From Eubacteriales bacterium (GTDB lineage: Bacteria > Bacillota > Clostridia > Oscillospirales > CAG-382), in NCBI GenBank assembly GCA_045657245.1, contig JAZOSQ010000034.1:2555-66554 (forward strand): DNA of 64,000 nt, in the 5' to 3' direction. This document shows positions 36,779-46,771 of the stretch, piece after piece. Within the stretch, counting starts at the first letter, position 1, and each line of letters starts with the position of its first letter. The position numbers and the translations under genes are program-made. Below the pieces are notes generated by a model. The model was not told where the DNA came from. It did not search any database and was given only the letters and a program-made list of their open reading frames with translations.

Positions 36779-38989
36779 ATGCATAAACAAGCCGAAATCC
36801 TGTTTTCGAAAATCAAGGAAGCAGGAAATTACGACTATAATAAAATATTAAAAGCATACGAATATGCAGAAAGTCTTCACGAGGGCCAAAAGAGAATTTC
36901 GGGTGAGGACTATATTGTCCATCCTCTTTCTGTTGCCGAAGAAATTTTAAAATTACAGCTTGATACCGACGCAATCTGTGCTGCACTTCTTCACGATACT
37001 GTCGAAGACTGTGCAGATAAGATCGACCTTGATTTGATCCGCAAGGAATTTGGCAAGGCGGTTGCGGATATCGTCGACGGTGTAACGAAGCTTGTTCATA
37101 TTCCGTTTGAAACAAAACAGGATGAAAGCATCGAAAACCTTCGAAAAATGTTCCTTGCGATGAGCAAGGACCTTCGCGTTATCTTTATCAAGCTTTGTGA
37201 CCGACTCCATAATATGCGAACCCTCGACGTGCGTTCGCCCGAAAAACAGCGTTCGATCGCGCTCGAAACGATGCACGTTTATGCGCCCCTCGCGCATCGC
37301 TTGGGTATGCAAAAGATAAAACAAGAGCTCGAAACACTTGCGCTTTATTATCTTGACCCGATCGGATATAATGAGGTTGACAATGATATCAATAAACGAT
37401 ATGGCGAAAACAAGGACTTTCTTGATAGCGCAACCGAAAAGGTTTCGGAAAGTTTGAAATCATATAACGTGAAATTCACGCTTTCGGGAAGAGTGAAGAC
37501 GATATACAGCATCTATAAAAAGATGTACAACCAGAGCAAGACTTTCGACGAGATATACGACTTTTATGCCGTTCGTATCATCGTTGATACCGAGCTTGAT
37601 TGTTATACTGCTCTCGGTGTAATCCACGAGCAGTTCAATTCGATTCCCGGCAGATTCAAGGACTATATTTCTACCCCGAAGCCCAATATGTACCGTTCGC
37701 TTCATACGACGGTTATTGGTAAAGAGGGTATACCCTTCGAGGTTCAGATTCGAACTTGGGAAATGCACCGTATTGCAGAATACGGCCTCGCTGCACATTG
37801 GAAATATAAAAGCGGGGAACAGGCGAAGGAGGATATGGACGCGAAACTCCATTGGATCCGCACCCTCATCGAAACCGAAAAAGACGTTGACGACCCCGAT
37901 GAATTTTTCCGTCCCCTCAAGATCGACCTTTTCGAAGACGAAATATTCGTATTCACTCCGAAGGGTGACGTTGTAAACCTTCCCAACGGAAGCACACCGA
38001 TCGACTTTGCATATGCGATTCACTCCGCTGTCGGTAATAAGATGGTTGGTGCAAAGGTGAACGGCGCAATCGTGCCGATCGATACTGTTCTCGAAACGGG
38101 ACAGATCGTTGAGGTATTGACGAGCGCATCCTCGAAGGGACCGAGCCGAGATTGGCTCAAAATCGTTCGTTCCGGCGAAGCACGAAACAAGATTCGTCAG
38201 TATTTCAAAAAGGAACTCCGTCCCGAAAATATTACTGTCGGCAAAACCGAGCTCGAACGTGAAATAAAACGTTTCGGTAAGCAATATACCGAAGCACAGA
38301 AAAACGAAATCGTCAAAAATCTCGCAAATCGCTTGTCGATCCCCGATGTTGAAGACCTTTATAATAACATCGGCTACGGCGGACTTTCGGTTTCGAAGAT
38401 CGCAACGAAGCTTCGCGAAGAATTTATGCGTGTTGTGGCACCTCAAACCGAAGCTCAAGAGCCGACTCTTGAATCGGTTGTCAAGTCTGCGCCGACACGT
38501 TACGAAAGAACAAGTAAAACGAACGCCGATAGCGTTATTGTCGATAGTGTCGAGGGCTGTTCGGTTAAATTCGCAAAATGCTGTAACCCTCTTCCCGGTG
38601 ATAATATCATCGGTTATATCACTAGAGGTTACGGTGTATCTATCCATAAATACGATTGTCCCAACGCACAGAACGGACTTTCCCGCCCCGAGGATAAGGA
38701 CCGTTGGGTTGTTGCTTCTTGGTCTGAGCGCTTGGGTGTACAGAATTTCGGCAAGTTCGAAGCAACGTTGAACGTTTTTGCGGAATATTCATCTCACATC
38801 ATCGCGGATATCACAATCGCGCTCACCGATATGAAGGTTGCTGTAACGTCGATATCAACGCGTGAAAATGAAGGTGAAATGCTTCTTACGATTGGTATAC
38901 AGTGTAGCGGTGTTGAGCATTTCCGCAATATAACGGGCAATCTCCAACGCATAAAGAACGTGCGTGAAGTAACAAGAGGAAACTTATGA
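36779..38989 (+). CDS. relA: Bifunctional (p)ppGpp synthetase/hydrolase (RelA/SpoT homologue)
   Basis: HD hydrolase motifs (HPLSVA, HDTVEDC), synthetase motif YRSLHTTV, TGS and ACT domains. Confidence 0.95.
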   Translation: MHKQAEILFSKIKEAGNYDYNKILKAYEYAESLHEGQKRISGEDYIVHPLSVAEEILKLQLDTDAICAALLHDTVEDCADKIDLDLIRKEFGKAVADIVDGVTKLVHIPFETKQDESIENLRKMFLAMSKDLRVIFIKLCDRLHNMRTLDVRSPEKQRSIALETMHVYAPLAHRLGMQKIKQELETLALYYLDPIGYNEVDNDINKRYGENKDFLDSATEKVSESLKSYNVKFTLSGRVKTIYSIYKKMYNQSKTFDEIYDFYAVRIIVDTELDCYTALGVIHEQFNSIPGRFKDYISTPKPNMYRSLHTTVIGKEGIPFEVQIRTWEMHRIAEYGLAAHWKYKSGEQAKEDMDAKLHWIRTLIETEKDVDDPDEFFRPLKIDLFEDEIFVFTPKGDVVNLPNGSTPIDFAYAIHSAVGNKMVGAKVNGAIVPIDTVLETGQIVEVLTSASSKGPSRDWLKIVRSGEARNKIRQYFKKELRPENITVGKTELEREIKRFGKQYTEAQKNEIVKNLANRLSIPDVEDLYNNIGYGGLSVSKIATKLREEFMRVVAPQTEAQEPTLESVVKSAPTRYERTSKTNADSVIVDSVEGCSVKFAKCCNPLPGDNIIGYITRGYGVSIHKYDCPNAQNGLSRPEDKDRWVVASWSERLGVQNFGKFEATLNVFAEYSSHIIADITIALTDMKVAVTSISTRENEGEMLLTIGIQCSGVEHFRNITGNLQRIKNVREVTRGNL

Positions 38990-39435
38990 GAGCAGTAGTT
39001 CAGCGTGTTCACAGCGCATCCTGTGTTGTGGACGGCGAAACGGTGTCGCAAATCGGACAGGGTTTGATCGCATTCATCGGAGTTTTCGATGACGATACCG
39101 AAGAAGATGTTAAAAAAATGGCAAATAAAATTTCAGGATTGCGTGTTTTCCGTGACGAAGCGGGAAAACTGTCCTTGAATGCAGAATCCGTCGGCGGAGG
39201 AGTTATGATAATTTCGAACTTTGTCCTTGCGGGCAGAGTGACGAGGGGATTCCGTCCCGACTGTACCCATGCGGCAAAATATGACGAAGGCAAACGCCTC
39301 TATGATATGCTTGCCGATATGGTGGGAGAAACTCTCCCGACGGTAAAAGGTGTTTTCGGTGCACATATGGATATTATGGTGCATAACGATGGACCTATCA
39401 ACGTAATAATAGATACGCGGGAGCTTAGAAAATGA
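38986..39435 (+). CDS. dtd: D-aminoacyl-tRNA deacylase
   Basis: MRAVVQRV N-terminus, SNFVL...GR.P motif region, 149 aa. ATGA overlap with relA. Confidence 0.9.
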   Translation: MRAVVQRVHSASCVVDGETVSQIGQGLIAFIGVFDDDTEEDVKKMANKISGLRVFRDEAGKLSLNAESVGGGVMIISNFVLAGRVTRGFRPDCTHAAKYDEGKRLYDMLADMVGETLPTVKGVFGAHMDIMVHNDGPINVIIDTRELRK

Positions 39436-40916
39436 AACTTCAGATAGATAACCGTACCCGCTATCTCAACGATTATTATTTCCAAACGATGTGTTTGATG
39501 TATTTCCCGGGCGAAAAGTTTAAGGCAGACGATGAAGGCGAAAATTATGCCTATTTCTATCTTGACGAAACCGATGCGGAAACAAAAACTTTCAAATCGA
39601 TCGTAACTCTCGTTTCGGGCGATAGACGCGCCGAAGGTGTTTTCAACGGCAGTTATGAGCCGACAATACCTATGAACGACGAGTTTTATGCGATGAACGC
39701 TGTCGGAAAAGCTTTTTTGGAAGCGGGTAGAGAGCTTTTCGGTTTTGAATTGCCGTGGGGATATATAACGGGGCTTCGTCCCGTAAAACGTGCAAAGTAC
39801 TATCTTGACAGAGGGCACACTCCCGAAGAAGTTATCGGTCTTTTCAAGAACGATTATGAAGTGTCGGAAGAAAAGGCAACGCTTTCGGTTGAAACAGCGT
39901 TGACTCAACAAAAAATGCTTGCCGATGTAAAGGAAAACGATTGCGGTTTGTACGTTTCGATTCCTTTCTGCCCGACAAGATGTGATTATTGCTCGTTCGT
40001 TTCGTATAGTAACGCGAAATTATTCAAGCTTATCCCCGACTATCTCGAAAAGCTTATGAGAGATATTCGTGCGACGGGTGAAATGATAAAAACGCTCGGA
40101 ATGAAGGTCCGTTCGATATATATCGGTGGTGGCACTCCGTCTATCCTCGACCCTGTTCAGATTAATACGCTTCTTTCCTGTATTTCCGAAAGTGTGGAGA
40201 TAACTCCGAATACGGAATATACTTTTGAAGGAGGCCGTCCCGATACGATAACGAGGGATAAACTCTTGGCGGTGAAGGCAAACGGTGTCGGTCGTATCAG
40301 CATCAATCCTCAAACGACGAGCGACCTTGTTCTCGAAAAAATCGGAAGAAAACATACATCTGCTCAGTTTTTTGAGGCGGCGAACCTTGCGCTCGGTATG
40401 GGATTTGATTCTGTCAATGCCGACCTTATCGCGGGTCTTCCCGGCGATACTCGTGACAGCTTTTCGAAAAGTCTTGAAGACGTAATCGGACTTGGTTTTT
40501 CGAATATAACCGTTCATACGCTTTCAATAAAAAATGCCGCTAATATTCGCTTTATCGGCGACGGATTTTATGATCCGGAGGGCGATTTTGCAAGAAATTC
40601 GGTAAATTATGCAAGAGCTCGTCTTGATAAAGCGGGATATAGCCCGTATTATCTCTACCGCCAGAAAAATACCGTCGGTAACGCGGAAAACACGGGGTAT
40701 ACATTGCCCGGTAAAGAGAATTTATATAACGTTCTTATGATGGAAGAACATTCAACCGTTTTCGCCTGCGGCGCAGGTTCGATAACAAAACTCGTAAGCC
40801 CCTCGAGAGAGGATATATTGCGTCATGCATATCCAAAATATCCCTTCGAATATCTCAGCGAGGATAAAGGGATAGGATTTGAAGAGGCGTTGGAGTTTTT
40901 CAATTCGAAAGGATGA
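39432..40916 (+). CDS. hemZ: HemN-like radical SAM protein (HemZ-type coproporphyrinogen dehydrogenase family)
   Basis: CX3CX2C in IPFCPTRCDYCSF, GGGTPS motif, about 490-aa HemZ-like length. ATGA overlap with dtd. Confidence 0.75.
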   Translation: MKLQIDNRTRYLNDYYFQTMCLMYFPGEKFKADDEGENYAYFYLDETDAETKTFKSIVTLVSGDRRAEGVFNGSYEPTIPMNDEFYAMNAVGKAFLEAGRELFGFELPWGYITGLRPVKRAKYYLDRGHTPEEVIGLFKNDYEVSEEKATLSVETALTQQKMLADVKENDCGLYVSIPFCPTRCDYCSFVSYSNAKLFKLIPDYLEKLMRDIRATGEMIKTLGMKVRSIYIGGGTPSILDPVQINTLLSCISESVEITPNTEYTFEGGRPDTITRDKLLAVKANGVGRISINPQTTSDLVLEKIGRKHTSAQFFEAANLALGMGFDSVNADLIAGLPGDTRDSFSKSLEDVIGLGFSNITVHTLSIKNAANIRFIGDGFYDPEGDFARNSVNYARARLDKAGYSPYYLYRQKNTVGNAENTGYTLPGKENLYNVLMMEEHSTVFACGAGSITKLVSPSREDILRHAYPKYPFEYLSEDKGIGFEEALEFFNSKG

Positions 40917-40922
40917 TTCTGT

Positions 40923-41774
40923 TTGAACCAATCAATAATCGAAAAAATCAAAAACGATGAACTCGCTTATGAATCGGCTTTAAGAAATATTGCCGAAAGA
41001 GTTTGCGGAGATTATCAAATAAAAATGGTGCTCATTGCGGGTGGCTCTTGCGCAGGTAAGACCACAACAACGAGAAAGCTTTCGGGATTGATAGAAAAAC
41101 TCGGAAGAAAAGCATATACCGTTTCTCTTGACGATTACTATCGCAACCTCGACGAAGCGGTCTATCTCCCCGACGGAACTCGCGATATCGAATCGATAAA
41201 CAGCTTACGGCTCGACCTTATCCATGATACGATGGAAAAGCTTCTTTCGGGCGAAGAAGCGTCGATTCCGATGTTTGATTTCAAAACTGCTTCACGCACC
41301 GATAATAACCAAAGAATAACCTTAAAAGACGGCGATGTTGTGATTGTCGAAGGACTTCATGCGCTTTCCCCCTTCATTTTTTCTGAACAGATCGACCAAA
41401 GTGCTGTATACCGTGTCTATCTTTATGCCGATGCGGGCGACGGTACCGATTGCCGTTTTGTAAGAAGAATGGTAAGGGACTCCCGCCACAGAAATTCGAA
41501 CGCAACCGAAATCTATAAACTTTGGGATAACGTAAAGAGAAACGAAAGCACGTCAATCGAGCCGTTCCGTAAATATGCTGATGTTACGATAAATACGTTT
41601 TTCGATTATGAACGTTCAATACTAAGTGACGATGCTGTCGATCTTTTGAGTGACGTTCAGGAAGAAACACCATATTACGATTCCGCAAAACAACTCATAG
41701 AAATTTTAGATTCAATAGAACCGATCGGGGATGAATATATCCCTGAAAATTCGCTTCTTTGGGAGTTTTTATAA
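40923..41774 (+). CDS. Uridine-kinase/phosphoribulokinase-family P-loop kinase
   Basis: P-loop IAGGSCAGKTT and downstream VIVEGLHAL. The TTG start at 40923 is 9 nt after AAGGA. Confidence 0.6.
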   Translation: MNQSIIEKIKNDELAYESALRNIAERVCGDYQIKMVLIAGGSCAGKTTTTRKLSGLIEKLGRKAYTVSLDDYYRNLDEAVYLPDGTRDIESINSLRLDLIHDTMEKLLSGEEASIPMFDFKTASRTDNNQRITLKDGDVVIVEGLHALSPFIFSEQIDQSAVYRVYLYADAGDGTDCRFVRRMVRDSRHRNSNATEIYKLWDNVKRNESTSIEPFRKYADVTINTFFDYERSILSDDAVDLLSDVQEETPYYDSAKQLIEILDSIEPIGDEYIPENSLLWEFL

Positions 41775-41778
41775 AAAA

Positions 41779-43458
41779 ATGAATTCGGAAGTTAAAAACA
41801 AAAGCTTTTTAAGAGAAGCAGTAATATTAACCGTTGCAAGCTTCGCCGTTAAGATTATCGGTGTTCTTTATAAAATACCGTTAACGAACATTCTCGGCGA
41901 CAGTATCGGTGTTTTCACGGCGGCATATTCAATATACGCAATGTTGTTTATGCTCAGTACAAGCGGTCTTCCCGTCGCAGTAAGCAAACTCGTTTCCGCG
42001 AGTAACGAAAAAGGAAGAGGTCTTGAAGCGAAACGAATCTATAAACTTGCGATGCTCGTTTTCGGGCTAATAGGATTTGTTTTTGCCCTTCTTTTGATGA
42101 TTTTTGCCCCCAATATCGCAGCTGCCACAAACCATGCGGAAAGTGCTTTGGCAATGCGAGTTATTGCACCCGCGCTGTTTTTCATATGTATATGTGCAAC
42201 AGTACGCGGATATTTTCAGGGGCTACATAATATGTATCCGACGGGAATCTCGCAATTTATCGAAGCGTTCTTCAAAATGACCGTCGGCCTTGTCGCAACG
42301 ATATATGCTCGTTCTTTGGGCGCAAGTGTAGAAGTTATGGCGGCTTGTGCGATAAGTGGTGTTTCGGTTGGTACGCTGTTTGCGACGATTTACGTTTTGA
42401 TCTATCGCCGTTTCTCGAAAAAAAGTGTTCCGAACCAAACCGATATGACGGTGGAGAGCAATCGAAAGATTCTGAAACTTATAGTCCTTGTTGCGCTTCC
42501 CGTAACATTGACTGCGGCGGCTTTGTATTTCTCACAATTCCTCGATACGATAGTAATCGTCAAATGCCTCACAAACGCAGGTGAAGATTTGAAAAATGCA
42601 AACGTTCTGTTCTCGGCATATACCGGACTTTCGGTTCCGATATATGACCTTCTTCCCGCAACGTTGGTATTCCCGATTGCAACAAGTATTCTCCCAGCCG
42701 TTTCGGGCGCATTGGCTATCAATAAGCAAAACCGTGCGTCGAAACTCACGGCACAGGCAATAAGAATTTCGGGAATAATTGCCGTTCCTTGCGGTGTGTT
42801 CCTTCTTGTTGGCGGTAGGTCTTGTATCTCGCTTATTTACGGTGCTGATAACTGGTCGGAAGTTCTCAATATGGCGAACGGAAGCCAAATAACACCCTTG
42901 ACCGCGGCGACGGTCTGCTTGGCTATACTTGCTTTCGCGGTGTTCTTTATTTCGGTTGTTTCAACCTGTAATTCACTTCTTAATGCATACGGCAAGGCAC
43001 ATTTGCCCTTCATTTCGGTGTGTATCGGGATTGTCGTGCTTACGGTTTCGGAAGTGGCGCTTCTTTATAGCCCCGCAGGAATCTATGCCGCACCGTTAAG
43101 TTCGTTGATTTGCTATACCGTCGTAATGCTTATGGATATCTTCTTCTTGAGAAAACATTGCGGAGTAAGATTGAAAATGATGGGACTTTTTGCACGTCCC
43201 GTTCTTTGCGGCGTGTTGTCGACTTTGGCTATGGGCGTTGTTTATAGGGTTGTATATGGTATGTTTGAATATCCCGACACCCGTGCTTCCGCATTCGTAA
43301 TATTAATGGCTTCGGGTATAACGCTCGTGTTGACCTATTGTATATCCGTTTTGGTTTTCCGCGCTATTAAGGAAAGCGAAGTTCGATTATTGCCGAAAGG
43401 CAACTTCCTTGCCGATAAATTGTTGGCATTGGGTTGGCTTAAAGGAGAAGAAGAATGA
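41779..43458 (+). CDS. MOP-superfamily polysaccharide/lipid II flippase (MurJ/SpoVB/YabM-like)
   Basis: About 14 TM helices. N-terminus GVLYKIPLTNILGD is typical of SpoVB/YabM-type proteins. Its position upstream of mazG equals B. subtilis yabM-yabN. Confidence 0.8.
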   Translation: MNSEVKNKSFLREAVILTVASFAVKIIGVLYKIPLTNILGDSIGVFTAAYSIYAMLFMLSTSGLPVAVSKLVSASNEKGRGLEAKRIYKLAMLVFGLIGFVFALLLMIFAPNIAAATNHAESALAMRVIAPALFFICICATVRGYFQGLHNMYPTGISQFIEAFFKMTVGLVATIYARSLGASVEVMAACAISGVSVGTLFATIYVLIYRRFSKKSVPNQTDMTVESNRKILKLIVLVALPVTLTAAALYFSQFLDTIVIVKCLTNAGEDLKNANVLFSAYTGLSVPIYDLLPATLVFPIATSILPAVSGALAINKQNRASKLTAQAIRISGIIAVPCGVFLLVGGRSCISLIYGADNWSEVLNMANGSQITPLTAATVCLAILAFAVFFISVVSTCNSLLNAYGKAHLPFISVCIGIVVLTVSEVALLYSPAGIYAAPLSSLICYTVVMLMDIFFLRKHCGVRLKMMGLFARPVLCGVLSTLAMGVVYRVVYGMFEYPDTRASAFVILMASGITLVLTYCISVLVFRAIKESEVRLLPKGNFLADKLLALGWLKGEEE

Positions 43459-44255
43459 CGAAAAAAGACCTTGTTTCAAAAACAGAATATGATTTCAACG
43501 ACCTTGTCGAAGTAATAAGAATTCTCCGTGCCCCCGACGGATGTCCTTGGGATGCGGAACAAACTCACCAATCGATTCGCCGTGAACTCTTGGAAGAAAC
43601 TTATGAATTGATCGAAGGTATCGATAAAAACGATCCTATCATACTTCGTGAAGAACTCGGTGACGTGTTGTTGCAGGTGGTGTTCCATGCGAATATCTCC
43701 TCCGAGCAAGACGGATTCGGAATAAACGAGGTTTGTACCGACGTTTGCAAGAAACTCATCGTGCGCCACCCTCACGTCTTCGGCGACGTGACCGTAACCG
43801 GAACCGAAAACGTTCTTGCGAATTGGGATATGATAAAACGCGAAACGAAACAGCAAAAGAGCGATACCGAGGTTTTGCGTTCAATATCTCCCGCAATGCC
43901 GTCGTTGATGAGGGCAGACAAGCTCGGTAAAAAGGCGAGAAAACTCGGGTTTGATTTCGACGATGCGGAAGACGCGATGCCGAAGATTTTCGAAGAAGCG
44001 AAGGAAGTTTCCGAAGCGTTGAAATCGGGGAATAAAGACGAAATAGCCGAGGAATTCGGCGATTTGTTGCTTTCCGTCGTTAATGCCGCACGACTTGCAG
44101 GAGTCGATTCCGAACAAGCGCTTTATAACGCAAACGAGAAATTCTTGGCTCGATTCGAGCGTGTCGAAGGATTGTGCCTTGCTTCGGGAAAGACTGTCAG
44201 CGAAGCGACAAGAGAAGAAAAAGAACGCTTTTGGCAGGAATCCAAGCAAAAATAG
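43455..44255 (+). CDS. mazG: Nucleoside triphosphate pyrophosphohydrolase MazG
   Basis: Tandem MazG domains with EETYELIE..ELGDVLLQVVFH and EEFGDLLLSVVN motifs. ATGA overlap with the flippase gene. Confidence 0.9.
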   Translation: MTKKDLVSKTEYDFNDLVEVIRILRAPDGCPWDAEQTHQSIRRELLEETYELIEGIDKNDPIILREELGDVLLQVVFHANISSEQDGFGINEVCTDVCKKLIVRHPHVFGDVTVTGTENVLANWDMIKRETKQQKSDTEVLRSISPAMPSLMRADKLGKKARKLGFDFDDAEDAMPKIFEEAKEVSEALKSGNKDEIAEEFGDLLLSVVNAARLAGVDSEQALYNANEKFLARFERVEGLCLASGKTVSEATREEKERFWQESKQK

Positions 44256-44308
44256 GCGAAAAATCGTCCAAAAAGTGCCTAAATTAAGGAAAAAAGTAAA
44301 AAAAACCC

Positions 44309-44337
44309 TTGCAGTAAGGGAAAAATGATGATATAAT
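44309..44337 (+). promoter_or_regulatory. Near-consensus sigma-A promoter of hup
   Basis: TTGCAG (44309-44314), 17-nt spacer, TGaTATAAT (extended -10; TATAAT at 44332-44337). Confidence 0.6.
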
Positions 44338-44373
44338 AATTTCAAACTATTAATTTTGAAAGGAAATATTGAT

Positions 44374-44649
44374 ATGAACAAGTCTACTCTCGTTGAATTT
44401 GTAGCAGCTAATGCTAACCTCAAAAAGAAAGATGCTGAAGCAGCAGTAAACGCAATGTTTAAGGCAATCGAAACCGAACTCGCTACCGGCGGTAAGGTTC
44501 AGATCGCTGGCTTCGGTTCCTTCAAAGTAAAGGAAAGAGCTGAAAGAGTCGGCCGTAACCCCAAGACCAAGGAAGCTATCACCATCCCCGCTTCCAAAGC
44601 TCCTGCATTCGTTGCTGGTAAAGACCTCAAAGAAGCAGTAAACAAATAA
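44374..44649 (+). CDS. hup: Nucleoid protein HU
   Basis: MNKSTLVEFVA... and GFGSFKVKERAERVGRNPKTKEAITIPASKAPAFVAGK, which are diagnostic of HU. GAAAGGA RBS. Confidence 0.95.
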   Translation: MNKSTLVEFVAANANLKKKDAEAAVNAMFKAIETELATGGKVQIAGFGSFKVKERAERVGRNPKTKEAITIPASKAPAFVAGKDLKEAVNK

Positions 44650-44666
44650 GAAAATACATCGATAAA

Positions 44667-44700
44667 GGCAGGGGAAATCCCCTGCCTTATTGGTACTTTT
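44667..44700 (+). terminator. Rho-independent terminator after hup
   Basis: Stem GGCAGGGG/CCCCTGCC with an AAAT loop, followed by an interrupted T-run (TTATTGGTACTTTT). Confidence 0.65.
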
Positions 44701-44709
44701 GAAATAATT

Positions 44710-44952
44710 ATGCGTCTTGATAAATATCTTAAAGTATCCCGTATAATAAAACGCCGCACGGTTGCCAATGAAGCGTGCGGGGAGAATCTTGTTTCTGTAA
44801 ACGGCAAGACCGTCAAACCCTCATATGACGTCAAGATCGGCGATGTAATCGAGGTTCGTTACGGAAGCCGTGCGACAAAATTCCGTGTCGTTGCAATAAA
44901 CGAAACGACAAAGAAATCCGAAGCTTCGGAAATGTATGAGGTTTTGGAATAA
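44710..44952 (+). CDS. S4-domain RNA-binding protein (YabO/Hsp15-like)
   Basis: MRLDKYLKVSRIIKRRTVANEA S4 motif, 80 aa. Its position matches B. subtilis yabO. Confidence 0.85.
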   Translation: MRLDKYLKVSRIIKRRTVANEACGENLVSVNGKTVKPSYDVKIGDVIEVRYGSRATKFRVVAINETTKKSEASEMYEVLE

Positions 44953-45002
44953 AACCGTTCGTTTGGGCATATTTATAAATATGTCAAAACGGAGGAACGG
45001 TT

Positions 45003-45266
45003 ATGAACACGAAAAAACATTCGCTTTCCCTCGATTCGAGAAACCGACTTAATATATCGGCGGTCGACGACGTTGTCAGCTTTGATGAAACCTTGGTGAG
45101 TCTCTCCGTCGGGGAATCGATTCTTAACATAAGCGGTGAATCGCTTTCAATCAAAAATCTTTCGCTCGAAAACGGCGATATCACCGTAAACGGCAATATA
45201 TCGGCAATCGTCTATTTTGATGAAACACCGAGAAAAAAACGTTTTTCAAGGTTCGGTCGAAGTTAA
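45003..45266 (+). CDS. yabP: Sporulation protein YabP
   Basis: Typical YabP pattern (HSLSLDSRNRLNISAVDDVVSFDE...ITVNGNISAIVY), 87 aa, GGAGG RBS. Confidence 0.85.
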   Translation: MNTKKHSLSLDSRNRLNISAVDDVVSFDETLVSLSVGESILNISGESLSIKNLSLENGDITVNGNISAIVYFDETPRKKRFSRFGRS

Positions 45267-45755
45267 GTGGGTGTTGATTATTCACTTCATACCGTACTTG
45301 CGTTATGGTCTGTTGCCGTCGGCGCATTGCTTTGCGCCGTGTATGACCTTTTCCGTATAACGCGGTTAAGACGAAAACAAAACTCGTTTGTATTGTTTAT
45401 AAGCGATTTTGTTTATTGTGTCATCTCCGCTTGTATGATGACGGTTTTGTTTTTCAATCTGTCGTATGGCAGAATGAGAGCATATGCGTTCGCCTTTGCA
45501 ATCGTCGGATTTTTGATATGGCGGCTGACGGTAAGTAAGGTTGCGATATTGCTTCTCAATAAAGCAATCGACTTTGTTGAAAAACTTTTGAATTCGATAA
45601 AAGTACGTGTGACGTTCGTGCTGACGAATATCATACGTCGTATATATACTTCAATCTATTGTAATATTTCAATCAGAAATGCATCAAACGGATGCCGGAT
45701 GTTGATGAAAAGAAAGGAAAACGAAAATGAAACCGACGAGAAAAATCAGAACTAA
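45267..45755 (+). CDS. yabQ: Spore cortex biosynthesis protein YabQ
   Basis: GTG start directly after the yabP stop. Several TM helices, including the LCAVYDLFRI motif region. Conserved yabP-yabQ pairing. Confidence 0.7.
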   Translation: MGVDYSLHTVLALWSVAVGALLCAVYDLFRITRLRRKQNSFVLFISDFVYCVISACMMTVLFFNLSYGRMRAYAFAFAIVGFLIWRLTVSKVAILLLNKAIDFVEKLLNSIKVRVTFVLTNIIRRIYTSIYCNISIRNASNGCRMLMKRKENENETDEKNQN

Positions 45756-46014
45756 TCTTGTAATAAGAGCCGCTTTCGCTTTTATATTCATCTTTCTTTT
45801 TGTTTCCGTAATCAATCTTCAGGTCGAAATGAACGACCTTCGCAAAGAACGTGATGCCCGTGCCGAACAGGTACAGCTTATCCAAGACGAAATCGACGAA
45901 CTCGAACTTCGTATCGCAACCCCCGTCGACGATGAATTCATCGAACGTATCGCGCGTCAGCACGGCTACCGTAAACCCAACGAGCTTATTTTTGTAAACG
46001 ATATCGCGAACTAA
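45727..46014 (+). CDS. divIC: Septum formation initiator (DivIC/FtsB family)
   Basis: Single N-terminal TM helix followed by a coiled coil (LQVEMNDLRKERDARAEQVQLIQDEIDELE). It is positioned after yabQ, as in Bacillus. Confidence 0.75.
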   Translation: MKPTRKIRTNLVIRAAFAFIFIFLFVSVINLQVEMNDLRKERDARAEQVQLIQDEIDELELRIATPVDDEFIERIARQHGYRKPNELIFVNDIAN

Positions 46015-46038
46015 TAAAAATCAAAAGGGTGTGCATAT

Positions 46039-46404
46039 ATGCCTTATTCAATAGGCGAAACTGTGAAAGGAACCGTCAGCGGTGTCACCGAATACGGCGC
46101 TTTTGTCCGTCTTGAAGACGGCTCGAACGGAATGATTCATATTTCGAAGCTTTCCCGTGACTTCGTTTCAGATATCCACAGCGTTATAAAGAAAGGTGAT
46201 TCCGTAACCGCAACGGTAATATCCGATAACGGCGGAAAACTTGCGCTTTCTCTGATTGATGAACAACCCAACAAATACGAACGCAACGTTTCTTTCGGAA
46301 AACGCAACGAAAAGACCGATTTTGAATCAATGCTTTCTTCCTTCAAAACGGCAAGCGAAGAAAAACTCTCGATGATAAACCGCCGTGATAAAAAAAGAAG
46401 ATGA
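46039..46404 (+). CDS. S1-domain RNA-binding protein (YabR-like)
   Basis: S1 motif GETVKGTVSGVTEYGAFVRLEDGSNGMIHISKLS and a basic C-terminal tail. Confidence 0.85.
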   Translation: MPYSIGETVKGTVSGVTEYGAFVRLEDGSNGMIHISKLSRDFVSDIHSVIKKGDSVTATVISDNGGKLALSLIDEQPNKYERNVSFGKRNEKTDFESMLSSFKTASEEKLSMINRRDKKRR

Positions 46405-46412
46405 ACCTTAAA

Positions 46413-46440
46413 ACCGTCAATTCGACGGTTCTTTTTTTAT
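46413..46440 (+). terminator. Rho-independent terminator after the S1-domain gene
   Basis: Stem AACCGTC/GACGGTT with a 5-nt loop, followed by CTTTTTTT. Confidence 0.8.
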
Positions 46441-46490
46441 TGTCGCAATGTATGCCGTTTATAATTTCTCGCTTCTCCCCGCGAAACATT

Positions 46491-46644
46491 TTTTCATCTT
46501 CACGGTGTAGGTTGGTTTTGAATTCCTGCGTGATTCCCGTGATACATAAAAATCTGTTGTTTTTTCTTTTTCATCTTCACGGTGTAGGCACATTTCAAAT
46601 TCCTGTGCCGCTCCCGTGATACATAAAAATCTGTTGTTTCCCCG
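46491..46644 (+). repeat. Head-to-tail 77-bp direct repeat (units 1 and 2 of a GTAGG-hairpin array)
   Basis: Hand alignment of 46491-46563 against 46568-40: 62 of 73 positions are identical. All 11 mismatches fall within 46513-46535 / 46590-46612. An outer TCACGG/CCGTGA stem is present in both units, and unit 2 has an inner GGCACA/TGTGCC stem. Confidence 0.85.
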
Positions 46645-46771
46645 TAGGGGAGGGGTTTCCCCTCCCGTACTCAAAACCCATTGTTGTTTCTTACGTCTGT
46701 GAAATTACGAAAATATAAAAATGTAGGGACCGGCGTCCTCGACGGTCCGTTCCTTCAAATCCGTTGTTTCT
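46645..46771 (+). repeat. Two further degenerate GTAGG-hairpin units (units 3 and 4)
   Basis: Unit 3: GTAGGGGAGGGGtttCCCCTCCCGTAC...ATTGTTGTTTC (46645-46691). Unit 4: GTAGGGACCGgcgtcctcgaCGGTCCGTTC...CCGTTGTTTC (46724-46771). Both share the head, 3' foot and tail with units 1-2. Confidence 0.55.

Noticed and set aside
37460-38647. 395-aa minus-strand ORF
   Set aside because: It is antisense to relA. It is a shadow ORF with no independent signals.
46491-46644. Possible CRISPR array (direct repeats with a variable centre)
   Set aside because: Only two full repeats are present. The period is 77 bp, with about 50 nt conserved and about 23 nt variable, which is the wrong geometry for repeat-spacer units. 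No cas genes or leader are nearby, and the additional units are degenerate rather than exact.
46645-46672. GC-rich hairpin GGGAGGGG/CCCCTCCC as an intrinsic terminator
   Set aside because: No U-tract follows on either strand. It shares head, foot and tail motifs with the neighbouring units, so it is better explained as a member of the repeat family.
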